64,000 bases of DNA from positions 42,703,341 to 42,767,340 of the forward strand of contig NC_068981.1 of NCBI RefSeq assembly GCF_001194135.2, given 5' to 3'. Positions 12,294-26,329 of this stretch are shown piece after piece; position 1 is the stretch's first letter; each line of letters starts with the position of its first letter. The notes under the pieces were generated by a model that was not told the origin of the DNA, did no database searches, and worked only from the letters and a program-made list of their open reading frames with translations. The stretch comes from Octopus bimaculoides (taxonomy: Eukaryota). A program made the translations under genes and the position numbers.

Positions 12294-13452
12294 AGAGAGG
12301 TGAAACTAATTTATAATAAGTGCTTTGTAAGTATCTACAAAACTTTAAATGGCAATCTTTAGCTCTGGTTTAATTGTATGGATTGAATAAATCGACTAGG
12401 GGATAGAAATTTCGTCTGTAATATTCGTAAGATGACTAACATGCTAATAAATTAGCATACTACAATTAGGCACAAGCATATGATCTGAATACCTGACAAA
12501 TTAGCCAGTCGGTTGTATTCGGTTGTTAATTATATTTCGGCAAGACTGGTATGATGAAATTCTTTTTAATTAAAATTATGAATGCAAGTGAGTAAGAAGA
12601 GATTAATAGTCATAAAGGAGTGAGAATGTGCAAACGTATTCCATACATTAATTTTCGCATGTAGAAACGTAACTATAATGATGTCATATGCAAATTTGTG
12701 CGATCCAATACATATTCATATATTTTTACATCACCCCACCCCACAAAATATGTTTGAATGTTCCCCTTTACTTTGACAATGGGATGCCCTACCTAAGTTT
12801 CTTACGATCCATGAATTTAATATTCATGGGTATTTTCCTTCTTCCACAAACTTCACTCTGATCTCAAGTTATTTTTTGGTTGCATTTACATTGTTTATTT
12901 CCTATTCCTTGTTTATCATATATTATTTTATCACGTAATTTTATTGTTTATCTCTTTAAATATTTATTTCGCTTATTTGTTTCATGATTCATATATTTCA
13001 TACAATTTCATATACTTTTCATATATTTCATATACTTACTTGTTTATCGTATACTTTTCATAATATATTATTTCATAATTTTTTCCTCCTACACTTTTTC
13101 GCTATTCATACATTTGTTTGCATTCATCAGTCTAAACATATATTTTTTTTTCACTTCAGTAGTTTTCGGGAAGAATGAAAGAGTAGAAAAAGGAAAACAG
13201 TAATAAGAATTGTGAAAAAGAAAAAAAAAACAAAAAAAGATGAATTTGGAAAAAAAAAAACAAATGAAAACTAATAAACAGAAAAGTAAAAAGATGAGAA
13301 AAAAATAATTATGTGAATATAATAATGTTCATGATAGGTATACTTTTTTTTAAACTAGAAAAAGAATTTTATTACAAAAAATGTTTATATACATATATAT
13401 TTATTAGTATTACTATTATCATCATCATCATTATCATTATTATTATTATTAC

Positions 13453-13509
<57 letters not shown>

Positions 13510-16149
13510 CATTATTTCTTTGTTGAACTTATTGTTTTTCCATAGAATTTGAAATTTTACAAACAACCTAAGAAGATCAGCAAACGCATGCTTATTTTTT
13601 ACGTTGTAGCCAAAAGATATGTGAAAGTAAGAAAAAAAAGAAGTAAAAGTAAGAACATTATTTATATCCTTTGATTTTATGTTTTTACAGGTATGAAATA
13701 ATTTTTTTATATTGTCGTATGATAGAAAGCATATNNNNNNNNNNNNNNNNNNNNNNNNNNNNNNNNNNNNNNNNNNNNNNNNNNNNNNNNNNNNNNNNNN
13801 NNNNNNNNNNNNNNNNNNNNNNNNNNNNNNNNNNNNNNNNNNNNNNNNNNNNNNNNNNNNNNNNNNNNNNNNNNNNNNNNNNNNNNNNNNNNNNNNNNNN
13901 NNNNNNNNNNNNNTATATATATATATATATATATATATTTAATGACAGAAGCGAAGTTCGTTTTGGTGATAAACTTAGTTTTCGTTTCACCTTTCCCATT
14001 TCTCGTTGTGACACTTTTCTCTTAAACTTTAGTGAGATAATCTGTTTCATATTTGCAAGCATCTCTCGTAGAAGCTATTACACAATAGCAACAATAGTTC
14101 TAATTGTTATTGATATAATTTCCGGTTTTTTTTGGTGCGTTTTGTTTATTGTTTTGCATCACATACCAACGTAATGCTACATTGCTAGGCAGAGTATGAC
14201 AGAGTGACAAGCATGAATTTGCGTCATGGAAGTGTAAGATGATTATCTACATGAAATAAGTAGTTGACATATACTTGCATACACAACCCAGCAAACGAGA
14301 TTTTATGTGAACCTTCACTCTACTAGAGAGAAAGAGAGAGGGAGAGAGATACAGAGACAGAGAGATTGAGAGAGAGAGAGAAAGAAAGAAATAGGGTCTT
14401 GATGATATTAATAATTCTAGGAGCTATGTGATTTGTTGTTTAAAGGTATTTAAATGACTGTTGCACTGAATAGTCAAAGGAGCTATATTCATAAGAATGT
14501 GTTCGTAGTGGGGAGGGTGATATTGAGAGTTTGTAAGAAAAAAGCTTAGCAAATGTTTTACTAAGTAAGTGGAGAAGAAAGACTATGTGAATGTTTTTTC
14601 AGCTGAAATACCACTAAAGGAGCCTTCTTGGTCAAGGAAACTTCACGTGTTGGTATAGTGTAGCAACAGAGCAGAAGTCTCTGCTCTTTATGAGATTTAA
14701 CAGACATTTCAGCATTTCATTCCCTGATGACAAACTTGAAGAATTGCAGGGAAGGTAAAAGCGCTTCTATTGGTAATAAGTGAGTATTTGCATGGGAATT
14801 GTAAGCAGATTATAAATAAACTTTACGAGGGACATCAAATGCGCGTATTGTAATTAACCATTATGATCTGTCAAGGACAGTCACGGATGTTTAATACGCA
14901 AACCCTTATACGCCTTATATTTCATGTTCCTGTTAGATCAAGTGAACAGATTCTGGCTACAGGAGGAACTTTGACACTGAATAATTTTATAACTTCCAAT
15001 ATATAACTGTGATGAGTATTTCTAACATGGTTACAATGGTCGTTGTTTTTCATCATTCCTACTATGCCCTCTTCCATTCGTATCAGTATAAAAACTTGCA
15101 TAAAATGCATCAATATATCTTCACACTGAAAATAATAACGAGAAATAGGATAAACAAAGCAGATATGAAAAACAATGCAGGAGAGAATGTTTGTATTAAC
15201 ATAGCAGCTGATGACTATCTGTTAATTAAAGTCTCTTATAGGTTATTTTTGTTCTAAACACATGGAAATAGCAATCAATGTACTCATTTTGTAATGTTAT
15301 CTTTTATAAACATAAACAACGATTAAGCTCGGATTAGTTTACCTTTGGGCATAGGCATGTTAAAATGTAAATTAAACTATAAAAAAATCAATGAAGACGC
15401 AGAAACAAAACATTAAAGACATTGAGTGTCTCGTTACTATTCAATACTGTGATTTAAAGCGGTGCTTTCTAGAATTAATCCCTAAAATAATACCATCTTT
15501 ACGGACCATTTGGAGAAATCATAGCATCTTATCTTGGTAATACTGACAGAGATATTGACAATGAGTTTACTACGCAAATAGTTATAAATCAGTAAAATTT
15601 CAGAAACAAATAAAGATAAACAAGGAGCATTTAGAATTAATAAAAGCATGCTATAACTAGTTCGAAAGTGTTCTGAATAAAGACAGTTGTCAATTTTGAT
15701 TTGCGCATAACGTTTGTTTCTGATAGAAGCCAAAATGCACCTACCTTTTCGTAGTGACATCAACAGAGAAGAAGTGAGATTTTTCGATCCTGCGTCAAAC
15801 TGAAAAGTTAGAGAGTGAAAATAAAAGCTGTAATATTTAAGTGATAAATATGAAAAAAGAAACTCTCAACATGGAAGAAACTACAAGCTAGTGAAGTTAA
15901 ATTACGATGAATCGGGATTCTAAGAATATAGCTGCTTCTATAAGTAAACACCTATTACTGAGATCAATGTTGCATCATTCTACAGAGAACTAAGAAAAAA
16001 TATGAGCAACAAACACAATAAAAATAGCTACAAACGTATTCTATTAAGAACTGAAGTGATATATATTAGAGATATAAAATAGATAAAGAAGCGAACCACA
16101 GATAGATGGATAACGTATAAAAAAGACTGAGAAAAAATCAACAGAAAAC

Positions 16150-16450
16150 AACTAATAACTGAACATCACAGAACCTGGTCAAATAATCAAATATGTAGCT
16201 GTGTTTGTGAATAGTAGTAAGTGCATTCATACTGTGAATAATATTCACGAAGATCTCGTTCTATTGATAAAGCGAGATTCACTTTTTGCATAAACGATAC
16301 ATTACGTGACATCTGTGCAAGAAAGAACTATAATGCTGTATGGCACTAAATGTTCACTGATTGCTGAAGTTGGAGAAAATTTAGGATTAAGTGTAAGTGA
16401 AGAGCAACAAACGAACTGACTTATGCATGAAGGAAATACAATTAACATTG
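16150..16450 (+). mobile_element. Very decayed RTE-like RT relic
   Basis: IIKYVAVFV (compare FKYLG) followed by IMLYGTKC (compare LYGSETW); weak. Confidence 0.25.
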
Positions 16451-17489
16451 AGGTTGTGAGCATGTAATGCATAAGTGTGGTATATATTTTGTATGCTTTG
16501 TATATGTAATGAATGTGCGCGTGTGAATTAATGGTAGAAGTGAGCTAAATTCGAAGGAAACGTATATAAAAAAAAAACTAGAATAAAAGGATTAGTATGG
16601 ATCTGAAAATGGTAGATTTTACGTAGGATCAAGATAAAAGGATAAATTCTAATTGTAGGAGTACCTAATCGAAATCGTTAATAAAGAAAAAAGATATTAA
16701 AATGATGCTAGTATTGCTATTTCTGCTACTGTTTATGGTAGTACTATTGTTGCTCGTGTTACTTCCGGTTTTGGTGTTGTTGCTGCTGTTCTTGGTGTTG
16801 CTACTCTTGGTAGTGCGGCTGCTGATGTGGAGCTACTACTAATATTGCTATTGCTGCTGCTGCCGAAATTGATGAGATGGCGAAGGAGAAGAAACAGTAT
16901 GAAGATGAGGTTGATGATTACAATTATGATGAGCAGTTGAAGGAAGAGTAGAAAGTATCATTTAGGATACGTTAGTAACCTCAAACTTGTGAAGAAGAGA
17001 AATAGAATATTTCTATATTGATACCTTCTCAAAGCATCGATGTTATTAGTCATCTGCTAGAATTGCAAATCGGAAATCTAAACTCGATACGATTAATTTT
17101 AAAAAAAAATATTTACTACATCATTCGGCTTGAATGATTTGTTTTCAACTAATAAGGGTTATCATTGACTAGAATTTTCAGAGGGTCCATTTCACATTTC
17201 AGACTTCATTTTACTATGTATTTATTGGTCGATTCTTTGAATGTCTATTTTACACAAGATTATTTTAACCTATGATCTTCAAACAAGAAATTGTCAGTTA
17301 TACGATACTCTTATTGATAATATTAGCAATCTATATCCTATTATGAATGGTCTTACTAGAATCGTCCACGATGAAGTATTACCTGTGGAAATTCTAATTG
17401 GATCACTGTGCTAATTTTGAACCTTCAAAGAAACATCGATGTGGGACAGATTAGAGAATGTAGGGAGAAGAAGAAAATTCTTTTATATT

Positions 17490-17760
17490 GTACTATGATA
17501 TGCAAAAAGATCCATCAGATACAATGGCCAGATTCAACATGTGGATGATGCTAAGGTGCATTGGCTCAACGCTTGTTCATTTGAAACACTCACCTAGATG
17601 TTACACTCGAAGGGTAGGACGGGTATCCCACGAAAAACTCTCCGAACAATTTCCAATCAGTGTCGAAAGGCACCAAGTTCATTTGCTTGCTAAATTACTT
17701 TTTCTTTGTTCCTTGCACAAACAGATGTACCTCACTGCAATGACGATCTGGTACGAAGCA
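17490..17760 (+). mobile_element. Very decayed RTE-like 3' relic
   Basis: KIHQIQW...HVDDAKV...SFETL...GIPRKTL loosely follows the RTE C-terminal consensus; weak. Confidence 0.25.
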
Positions 17761-17915
17761 ATGAGTGATGTTTTACTTGTTTTATTTGACTGAACAAATT
17801 CAACGGAATCACCGATGTGCAGTATTCAGAAAATAATGCACGTCAGTTTATACACCTAAAAGGGCACAGCACATGCACATTCACGTACATACATACATAC
17901 ATACATACATACATG

Positions 17916-18263
17916 GGCGCAGGAGTGGTTGTGTGGTAAGAAGCTTGCTTCTCAACTACTTTCGGGTTCAGTCCCACTACGTGTAACCTTAGGCAAGTGA
18001 CTTCTATACCCTGGGGCCGACCAAAGCCTTGTGAGTGGATTTGGTTGACAGAAACTGAAAGAAGCCCGTCGTATATATGTGTGTATACAAGTGTGTGTCT
18101 TTGTGTCTGTGTTTGTTCGCCCATCACCCCTTGATAACCGGTGTTGGTGTGTTTACGTCCCCGTAACTTTTGTGGTTCGGCAAAACAGAACAATAGAAGT
18201 ACTACCTTTAAAAAATAAGTACTTGAGACGATTCATTCGACTAAGAATTCAAGGCCGTGCCCC
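17916..18263 (+). mobile_element. tRNA-derived SINE, family B, full length (CORE-like CCTTRGGCAAGT)
   Basis: A-box GTGGTTGTGTGG, B-box GGGTTCAGTCCC, internal microsatellite, and a 3' part shared with the copies at 20935 and 42098. Confidence 0.9.
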
Positions 18264-18500
18264 ATACATACATACATGCACATATATGCATAAGGAAATT
18301 TGAAAATACCCTGGCATTCGTTTAGGATTTTTATTTTTAAACTTTTAAAGACTGAACCGGTTTCATAGATTTCTCTGATTTTCAAAAGGTGAGATAGAAA
18401 AAACGTGGAACTATGCCTCTCAGAGTAATTTTTAAGATGCCTTGTTTTTATAGCGAGAACGTTTGTACAGAGACACTTAACCATTTAACAAATTAAATTT

Positions 18501-18755
18501 AGGGAGCCTTATTTTTGGACTGTTACTAGAAATGTTCACTCAACCGTGCCAGCCTTAATTTTCGTCGCAAAAGAATACAGTCACATGATAGTAACTCACG
18601 GACGTAGTGGGGAACTACGAAATAAAATCCAGGGAGCGTTGATTGTTAGAGATTGTTACTAGACATGTCCACTCAACTGTAATTGTTTTAACTAACGGCA
18701 CCAAACATATTGTCGTATGACATTAAAGAACAGACGTAGCGGAGAACTTGCAAAA
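18501..18755. repeat. Diverged tandem repeat, period about 132 bp, about 2 copies
   Basis: AGGGAGC at 18501/18631, TGTTACTAGAMATGTYCACTCAAC at 18521/18654, GACGTAGYGGRGAACT at 18601/18733. Confidence 0.75.
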
Positions 18756-19249
18756 ATTTCTAAGCCTGATCACGTGACCATCCTCGCTGAAATGAAATTC
18801 TTCGAAGCGAGCACCTTTTCTAGGCGAGACGGAGTTATCTCTTTTGAACGATTGGGGTTGCGTCCCCAAAGAGTCCGTTTATGTACATTTTCCGTACAGC
18901 AGTTTGCAGGCGGGGAAGGATATTTCTCCATCATGAATATTCTCTTATGAAGGCACGGACTAAACACTTTGCTTTTTTAAGTTAACTAGGCACTGAATCT
19001 AGCAAATTTTTCTTGGTCCTTACCCTCTCAGCCAAATTAGATTCGCATTGTCTGCTCCCGCTGAGGCATGCTCCAGTCTGTTCTAAGAGATTCTGTATCG
19101 CGTTCACTCTTTTAAACGCCATATGTAATTGACTAAAGACGTAACGTTCCGCCTCTCTAGGATCTTAAAGTGGACCTGTGGTTACTTAGTTGCAGCTTAA
19201 AGGGACCAGCCATGGATTCAACATAATTCCGTGTATGTTTCCTTACATC

Positions 19250-19560
19250 TTTGGTGCTGCTACCGTTGTTGTTGCTGCTGCTATCGATGCCGTTGTTACT
19301 GTTAATACTGGGCATGATGCTGCTGGTACTGTTGTTGTTGCTGCTATCGTTGCTGTTGCTACTGTTAGTACTGCTGGACATCTTGCTGGTGTCGTTGTTG
19401 TTGGTGTTCCTGCTGCTATCGCTGCCGTTGCTGCTATCGCCGCCGTTGCTGCTATCGCTGCCGTTGCTGCTATCGCTGCCGTTGCTGCTACCATTGCCGT
19501 TGCTGCTGTTATTCAGGACACGTTGCTGGAGCTGCTGCTGTTGCTATTGTTATATCATTG
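19250..19560. repeat. GCT/GTT-derived low-complexity tract with an 18-bp minisatellite (GCTGCTATCGCTGCCGTT, about 5 copies)
   Basis: Directly visible at about 19412-19505; open in several frames on both strands. Confidence 0.85.
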
Positions 19561-20934
19561 CCTTTGCTTCTGTTATTGACAGACACCACCTCTACCTCAT
19601 AGACCACGGCCTCTGAGTTACATTGTTAACCCTACATGAGCACCCTGTCGCTGTGCGGGATTTAGGGGCTTTCACTAAAGTCTTTTTTAAAGTGGGCGCA
19701 ATGCTGAATGAGACCCTTAAATTGTTCCTATTAAATAATCATCCAAACTTGTGGGAGTGAGTGAAATCCTTGTCCACTAATCTAAGGAATATCCTTCCCA
19801 TGCAGGTTTTGATACTGAGTGAGAAGGGTGAGACAAACCAAATGACTTGACAGTGGCGCTTTCCTTTGTGGGTGTCAGGAAGAATCTAATTCACATGCTT
19901 AGCTCCCTTAGTCTTAAGATTAAAATTGAGACCAAACTTATCGTAATTATCTTGTTAGATGTTATGCTCGAAAATCAAACAAAAAGCTGTAGTATATCAA
20001 CGCAACCTCTTACCCCCGACCTATGTGTTTAAGAACCCGGTGAGGGTTGTCCGTAAATGGATTTAGAACCTGTTCTCAAATTAAGACATTTTCTAACGCC
20101 TTATTACAACGAAGCTGTGGCAGCCACCGGGTTTAATGACACATCTCTGTTATGCCATGATGTCTTCTTTATTACATCTTCAGAAACAGCCTTTAAACAA
20201 CAAACCAAGCGCGTTTTGTATCTAGCTCTCGTCATTTCAACCTTAGGCAATGGATCCGAAATATCGACCTATAACGATTAGATACGAAAAGCGTAAGTAC
20301 TATGTCCAAAAGAATCATCTATAAATCATATGCATAAAATAACAGAGCTACATCACCCGTATTGGAGTTACTTCTCGAAAAAGTTCAGGTATACAACTTA
20401 GAAGTAGCCAACATCAAACACTGATATTGTCAATCTGTGTGTCAACTATCCAACTACATATTATGTCATCAGACTTGCCCTGCAGACTCTATATAAATAA
20501 TTCAGCACCAGCAAAAGTCATCGCAATTATCCTCTGCAACGTTTACATGATGGCCTCAATCAGACTGCTAGCTTGAAAATCTAGACAGAAGCATTAAATT
20601 ATTTCGTGCACTGCGAAACAGTTAAAATAAGACAACTCCAGAAGCAAAAAATCAGTTGCATTCACCTTCGGTTATCAAGTGCAACTCGTGTGGATGCAAT
20701 ATACAAAAATGATAAAGAAAACAAGAAATAACGAACAATGTTATAGACTGGAAGAAGATTATTTGCATTCATTTTATGTATATGTCTTACCGATAAAAAT
20801 CTAGCTGTCATATGGTTGAGTATTTGATCTATTACTAATGAATCTTTCATAGAGAGAATTCTAACCATTTTTCTTTACTTCATTGGAATATCAAATGAAC
20901 AAGTTAAACGAATTTCAATATATCTTTTATCTTT

Positions 20935-21318
20935 TATCTTTTACTTGTTTTATTCATTATTCTGCGACCAAACTGGGGCATCACGTTGAGGAATTTTAGT
21001 CGAATGAATCGACCGCAGTACTTTTTATTAAAGCCCATTGCTTATCCAATCGATTTCTTTAACCGAACTGCTAAGTTATGGAAACACAAACACATCAACA
21101 TCGTTGGTCAAGCAATGACCAGGGACAAAGTCACACACACACACACACACACACACATGTACTTCGGAGTTCTTTCCGTTTATCAAATCCACTCACAAGG
21201 CTTTGGTCGGCGCGCGGCTATAGTAGAAGAGACCTGCCGAAGGTGCTATGCAGTGGAACTGAACCCAGTATCATGTGGTCGGGAAACAAACTTTTTACCA
21301 CACAACCACTCCTGCGCC
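20935..21318 (-). mobile_element. tRNA-derived SINE, family B, full length
   Basis: Reverse complement of the 17916 element; ends ...CACAACCACTCCTGCGCC and has an internal (CA)n. Confidence 0.9.
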
Positions 21319-21558
21319 TATAATAGGTAATTATTTTATTAACTTACAGATAAATCAAATTTAAAATGGATTCAAGAGGACTTTGGAGTTCGGTGTAGAA
21401 TAGAATAATAAAATTTTGTCGACTTAATCATTTCCAGCAGCTTTGATTTACATTCAGTTACACTGAACATGGCAAATCATTGACAACAGTATTCTTTCAA
21501 TCACTTTATGAACCAGAGCTACGACAGCGTGCCCCAGAGATGGCTCATAACCTTGTCA

Positions 21559-21595
<37 letters not shown>

Positions 21596-22111
21596 ACAAA
21601 ATGTTTGGAAATATCTCGTCGTGTCTTCATGCAGAACAACTTCTGGGAGCTATCATCTGTTGCATTATCACTCTCTTTCCTAACAGATGAAAGATAATGC
21701 GAACAGTTGTTAGCAATCATATTCTTTATACCAATAAATATTTTTCCTTTTTCAGTGATCCCCAGTATAGCATCTGTAGAATAAAATATAATAAGGTTGT
21801 TCGCATTTACTAGTAGCCCTTCATCCTGTAGCCTGCAATGTTGTAATTTCCTCCACTAAAGCGTTCGTGGATGTCTAGTATAAAAGAAACATTTAACTGA
21901 CTGCAATGTTGAACTCAAAATAAGAAGCAGAATAAAGAATAATACTGAATTGATGAACGCTCTACACATCAATTCGTATTCGTAGCAAGAGGATTTAATG
22001 AGCCAGTCTGACAAATTGATATCTTATTTCTACTGGAATATTCACTGTTTACACTCTTTCATATGAAACCTTTGCGTTTTTATAACTTTTTATTGTTTGA
22101 AATATTTATAT

Positions 22112-22318
22112 AAAATTTTGGCACAAAGCTATCAGGTTTTGAGGAGTTGGTAGTCGATTACATCGACACAATTACTCGACTGGTACTTATTTTATCGAGC
22201 CGGAAAGGACAAAAGGCAAAGCTGACCTCAGCCGAATTTGAACTCAGAACGTGAAGACGGGAGAAATTCCGCAACAGATTCCGCCCGGTGTGCTAACGAT
22301 TCTGCCAGCTCGCCGCCT
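22112..22318 (-). mobile_element. tRNA-derived SINE, family A (Nin/Deu-domain-like)
   Basis: Head GGCGGCGAGCTGGCAGAATCGTTAGC, B-box GAGTTCAAATTC, and GCTTTGCCTTTTGTCCTTTCCGG...GATAAAATAAGTACC core. Confidence 0.9.
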
Positions 22319-22369
22319 TCTATTGTTTAAAATACTGATTTCAGATCTCGGCCCCAGTGCTCTGTTAAA

Positions 22370-22505
22370 GCTTATTCTATTGACCCCCGAGAAGAGATGA
22401 AAGGCAAAGTCGACTGCGATGGAATTTGAACTTAACGTAAAGACGAACGAAATATCGCTTTGCATTTCGTCCGACGAGTTGACTTTTCTGCCGGCTTGCC
22501 ACCTT
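22370..22505 (-). mobile_element. SINE family A, diverged, tandem to the previous copy
   Basis: GATGAAAGGCAAAGTCGAC...GGAATTTGAACT...CTGCCGGCTTGCCACC. Confidence 0.8.
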
Positions 22506-22807
22506 TTAATCCCCTCTTTTTGTGTATATGTGTATGTTTGTGTGTATTAGTGAGTTTGTATACATGTGTATGACTAAAAACCTTACTCACATAACAAATA
22601 ATACTTCTGAACAAACATTTGAATACACAAATAGAATGCTTTATTTCTCTTCTAGAGGCATATCATATTTGTCATTTAACCACCACAATTGTTTAATTTA
22701 TAGTTATGAAAATGTTTTAAGATGAATACTCTCCTATCATAGAAGTTATCCTAATTAATTTAAAAAAATTCATCCGTTATCATGTCAATATTAATCTACC
22801 AATGCAG

Positions 22808-22990
22808 GGCGGTGAGCTGGCAGAATCGTTAGCACGACCGGGCAAAATGCTTAGCAGCATTTCTTCAGTATTTACATTCTGAGTTCAAATTCCGCCGAGG
22901 TGGACTTTGCCTTTCTTCCTTTCGGAGTTGGTAAAATAAGTACTATTTGCGCACTGAGGCCAATTTAATCGACTTAGCACTTCCCCGATA
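22808..22990 (+). mobile_element. SINE family A
   Basis: GGCGGTGAGCTGGCAGAATCGTTAGC...GAGTTCAAATTCCGCCGAGGTGGACTTTGCCTTTC. Confidence 0.9.
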
Positions 22991-25900
22991 TTAACCTGCA
23001 AATGTGATGTAATTAGTATTCACCACAATAAATCAATTAAATTAAATATTATAAGTACGAAACTGAGACAGAAACGAACCGTTTGGCTATTGTCTCAGAT
23101 TGGTGACTAATAGTATTTTACGGAGAAAATCGGCGTTCATTCACTTACAAAATAACAAACATGATATTAACTGGTACATTTGGGAAGAATGTTTTTTTTT
23201 CTGCTGTTGTCTATCCAAATTTTATTTTCTGTTGTTGCCCATCCAAATTTTCATTGCATACTTGGATGGGAGTGTGCGTTTGTTGTTGTTGTTGTTGCTA
23301 CTGAAACTATTATTTTAGGCAGATGTAACTTGCTATAATAAATCACTCTAAATATCCGACTTATTAAAAAATATATCTTGCTCATGGTCACATTCAAGTA
23401 ACCGTAATAAGATCAGAACTTAGGACCATGTGATTAGTATCACTTTAATATTCTTACAACCATTGTACTTCCTATGATGAGGTAAAATCTTGCATTTTCG
23501 TAACGCTTATTATCTCTGGCCATTAATAAATCCGAAATAAATAAGTGGTAGTATGTTCAGAATACTGCACTCAGTTTAATATCATCAATATATGTAGTTG
23601 TGAGAATGTCAGAAGTCGTTAGATAAAAATTTTACTGTGTCAATATCTGGAGGATATCACTAGAATTTCTGTTAATAAAATATGTTTTGCTGATATTGCA
23701 TCTGCCGCTATTTCTTTATTACTTCATATAGCAAAAGACTTATCAACAATTATGCTAGACACACGCAGTTTTCGATCTACAGTTACTGTGACAGGATTTC
23801 TCTCCTTTAAACTCTGAAACATTGTGATTCCTTTCCCGTTAATGTATACACAGGTGCACCTTACAAAATTAGAATATTGTGAACAAATTGGATATTTGGG
23901 GTCAGTTAAGTCAGAGCGTCAAAATTGCAATTGTAGGATCACTGATCTATTCGCAGTGTTTTGTTGATATACGATAACATTTATGCTTTCGACGCAGATG
24001 GAACATTGAAAATCTAATATCTCAAAATATTAGTGTGATATATCTGAACATCCAAAGAATTCCATTACAAAAGAGCAAGTCGGTTACAAAATGAAAGATG
24101 GATAGGGAAAATAAGAATTAGTACGCCGTTGTAGTTCTTTTCGTTTTTTTCCGGAAAAATGCCGTGGTATAGAAGAAACAAACATAATAATGCTCAATTG
24201 TGAGAGAAGCTCAGGTAGTCTCGATAGCAGCTTCCAGCTCTGCTGTAGAGCTGGGCTGCAAACTCGTCAATATTCTTTTCAAGTATACCCCATGGATTCA
24301 ATATAGGTCAGATGAATTCTCTTGCAAGGAAGTACGTTAATATAATGTTTAGCGAATTAATCAGTGGTTGGTTGTTTCTGGTCAGTGCGCAGGTGTCAAA
24401 TCTTATGAAAAGAGACATTCCGCCACACAAAATAGCCTGTTGGATGAGAAAGACGTGGTATGCTCCAAGATTTCATGGTATACTTGAATTGAATATGAAT
24501 CTGAATAAATACAGGACCCCAAAGTTTGCGTATTACATACCTAAAACCATCATTACCTTGCAGTGGACTTCGAAATCGTGTGGAAAATGCCGTTTCAACC
24601 CACATCCTAAATATTTAAATTTGGTTTTTGAATGAAATACGAAATTAGTTCTCTCCAGAAAGTAAGTTTAGACTATTTTTCTCTATTTCACTTCTGCTAC
24701 TTTTTAACTCAAGTCAACCATTTGTGACGCTGCCTGTCGTTAGGCTAGACATTTGCCTGTTATTCGTGGTGGCCATTACACTTTCAGAGAATTCTCCCAT
24801 ATTGTTAGACCTGCTCCTTTGAAGACTTTGCTTTTAAAGTCTCACCGAATACTTTTTCATCAGTCACTCTTTATAGTTTGAGAAATATAAACATTTGTTT
24901 TCATTCCTCTGATAATAATTCAATGACTTACAATTTATTATATTTTCACAGCTCTACTGTTCCTACTTTTCAACTTGTAATTCATTCAGCTACTCATTAG
25001 CCCACATTAGTCCAGCAGTTTTATGCATACGTTGTAGCAATTATGTCTCTCATGATGCTTGTAAAATCTTGCACTTTACTAATATTACAATATTTTTCTG
25101 CATGGAAATTGATGCTTGTATATTAAGTGAAATCATTAACAACACATTAAAACAACTGTTTCACATAAATATAATTTCAGTTTGTAGCATATTGCTCTTT
25201 AATTTAATTACTAATTATAAGTAGTAGCATAAACACAAGCCAAATATTTCAGTGAATTTTATTGGTCTGAGTATTAAACTGTAACTATTTTATTCATAAT
25301 TGCAGGATGAATAGCGAAATTGATCTCAGCGGAACATGAACTGAGAACGTAAATAAATGTACTTAATTTCCCTAAGGTTGTTTGGTCTGCTATTCTACCG
25401 AGTCTGCCATAATTTGTCTAATTAATAACAATGAGTATTTCTTACAAAGACAGAAAGCCAGACATTTCATGGTGATTCGATAGTCGTTTATTCCAAGACC
25501 AATACTTGATTGTTACATATTTTTATCGACACCAGTACGATAGGAGACAAATTCTACACTAGAACTAATTGAGTTCAAACCGTAAAAGGCTGTGCTCTGT
25601 ACAATATATGCAAAACATGTCCTATATAATCACTCACCTATAAAATAAAAAAATGCTCAAAACAAACTCAACAGAGCCACGACCCAATAATATAACATAA
25701 TCCACACAACACATACTTTAGAAAATTACCAATCCCAAATATTGATACAGCATTCAATGTCTCTCATTAGGGGTGGTTGGGTATTGAAAGGAAGCAGACA
25801 AACTATGTTTAAAAAATTAAGACTACTTTAAATGTTTAAAACATATCTAACATCTTTGAAATTGAAGAAGGATTATATGGAAGTAAAATCTATTAAATAA

Positions 25901-26329
25901 TTCGTGTTTGGGGTGTGTCGTTGGAGTAAGGGGGCGCCGAAAATGTCACTAATATATTTTAGGGTTGGTACATGGTACAGTTCATTTTTAAAGCCACTCT
26001 GCACAATTAGCATTCGATGTACAACCCGCATAACAGTCTCTGTACAAATGCCATCGAATAATATAACGCAACCCACGCAACAAATACTCAGTAATACAGA
26101 AACAAGAGTGTACCTTTATTATCGACTCAAATGCGGGATCGAATCCAAACTTGGTGGTATTTACATTGATATTGGAGAGGGACGTAACTAAATACTTCAT
26201 GGTGCTTTTTCTAGAAATTTACAGTTACTTACACCCTGAATCTCTCGAGATAAAGAGAAGAATTAAAGACAAAGAAAACATATCTAAAGTTTGAGATCAG
26301 TTTTTTTAAGAACCAGATTATAATTTTGT

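Noticed and set aside
14603-14754. Candidate exon ending GAAG|gtaaaa
   Set aside because: Stops in all frames from the good acceptor.
16720-16965. Ala-rich then acidic reading frame (AAAAEIDEMAKEKKQYEDEVDD...)
   Set aside because: Decayed triplet-repeat sequence with no splice signals or start; a similar tract lies at 38290-38420.
18501-18755. CRISPR-like repeat-spacer array
   Set aside because: Only two diverged units, similar intervening sequence, eukaryotic context and no cas genes.
25904-26191. 95-aa ORF with a branch-point-like acceptor at 25962
   Set aside because: No recognisable motif, and the phase does not link to the other candidates.
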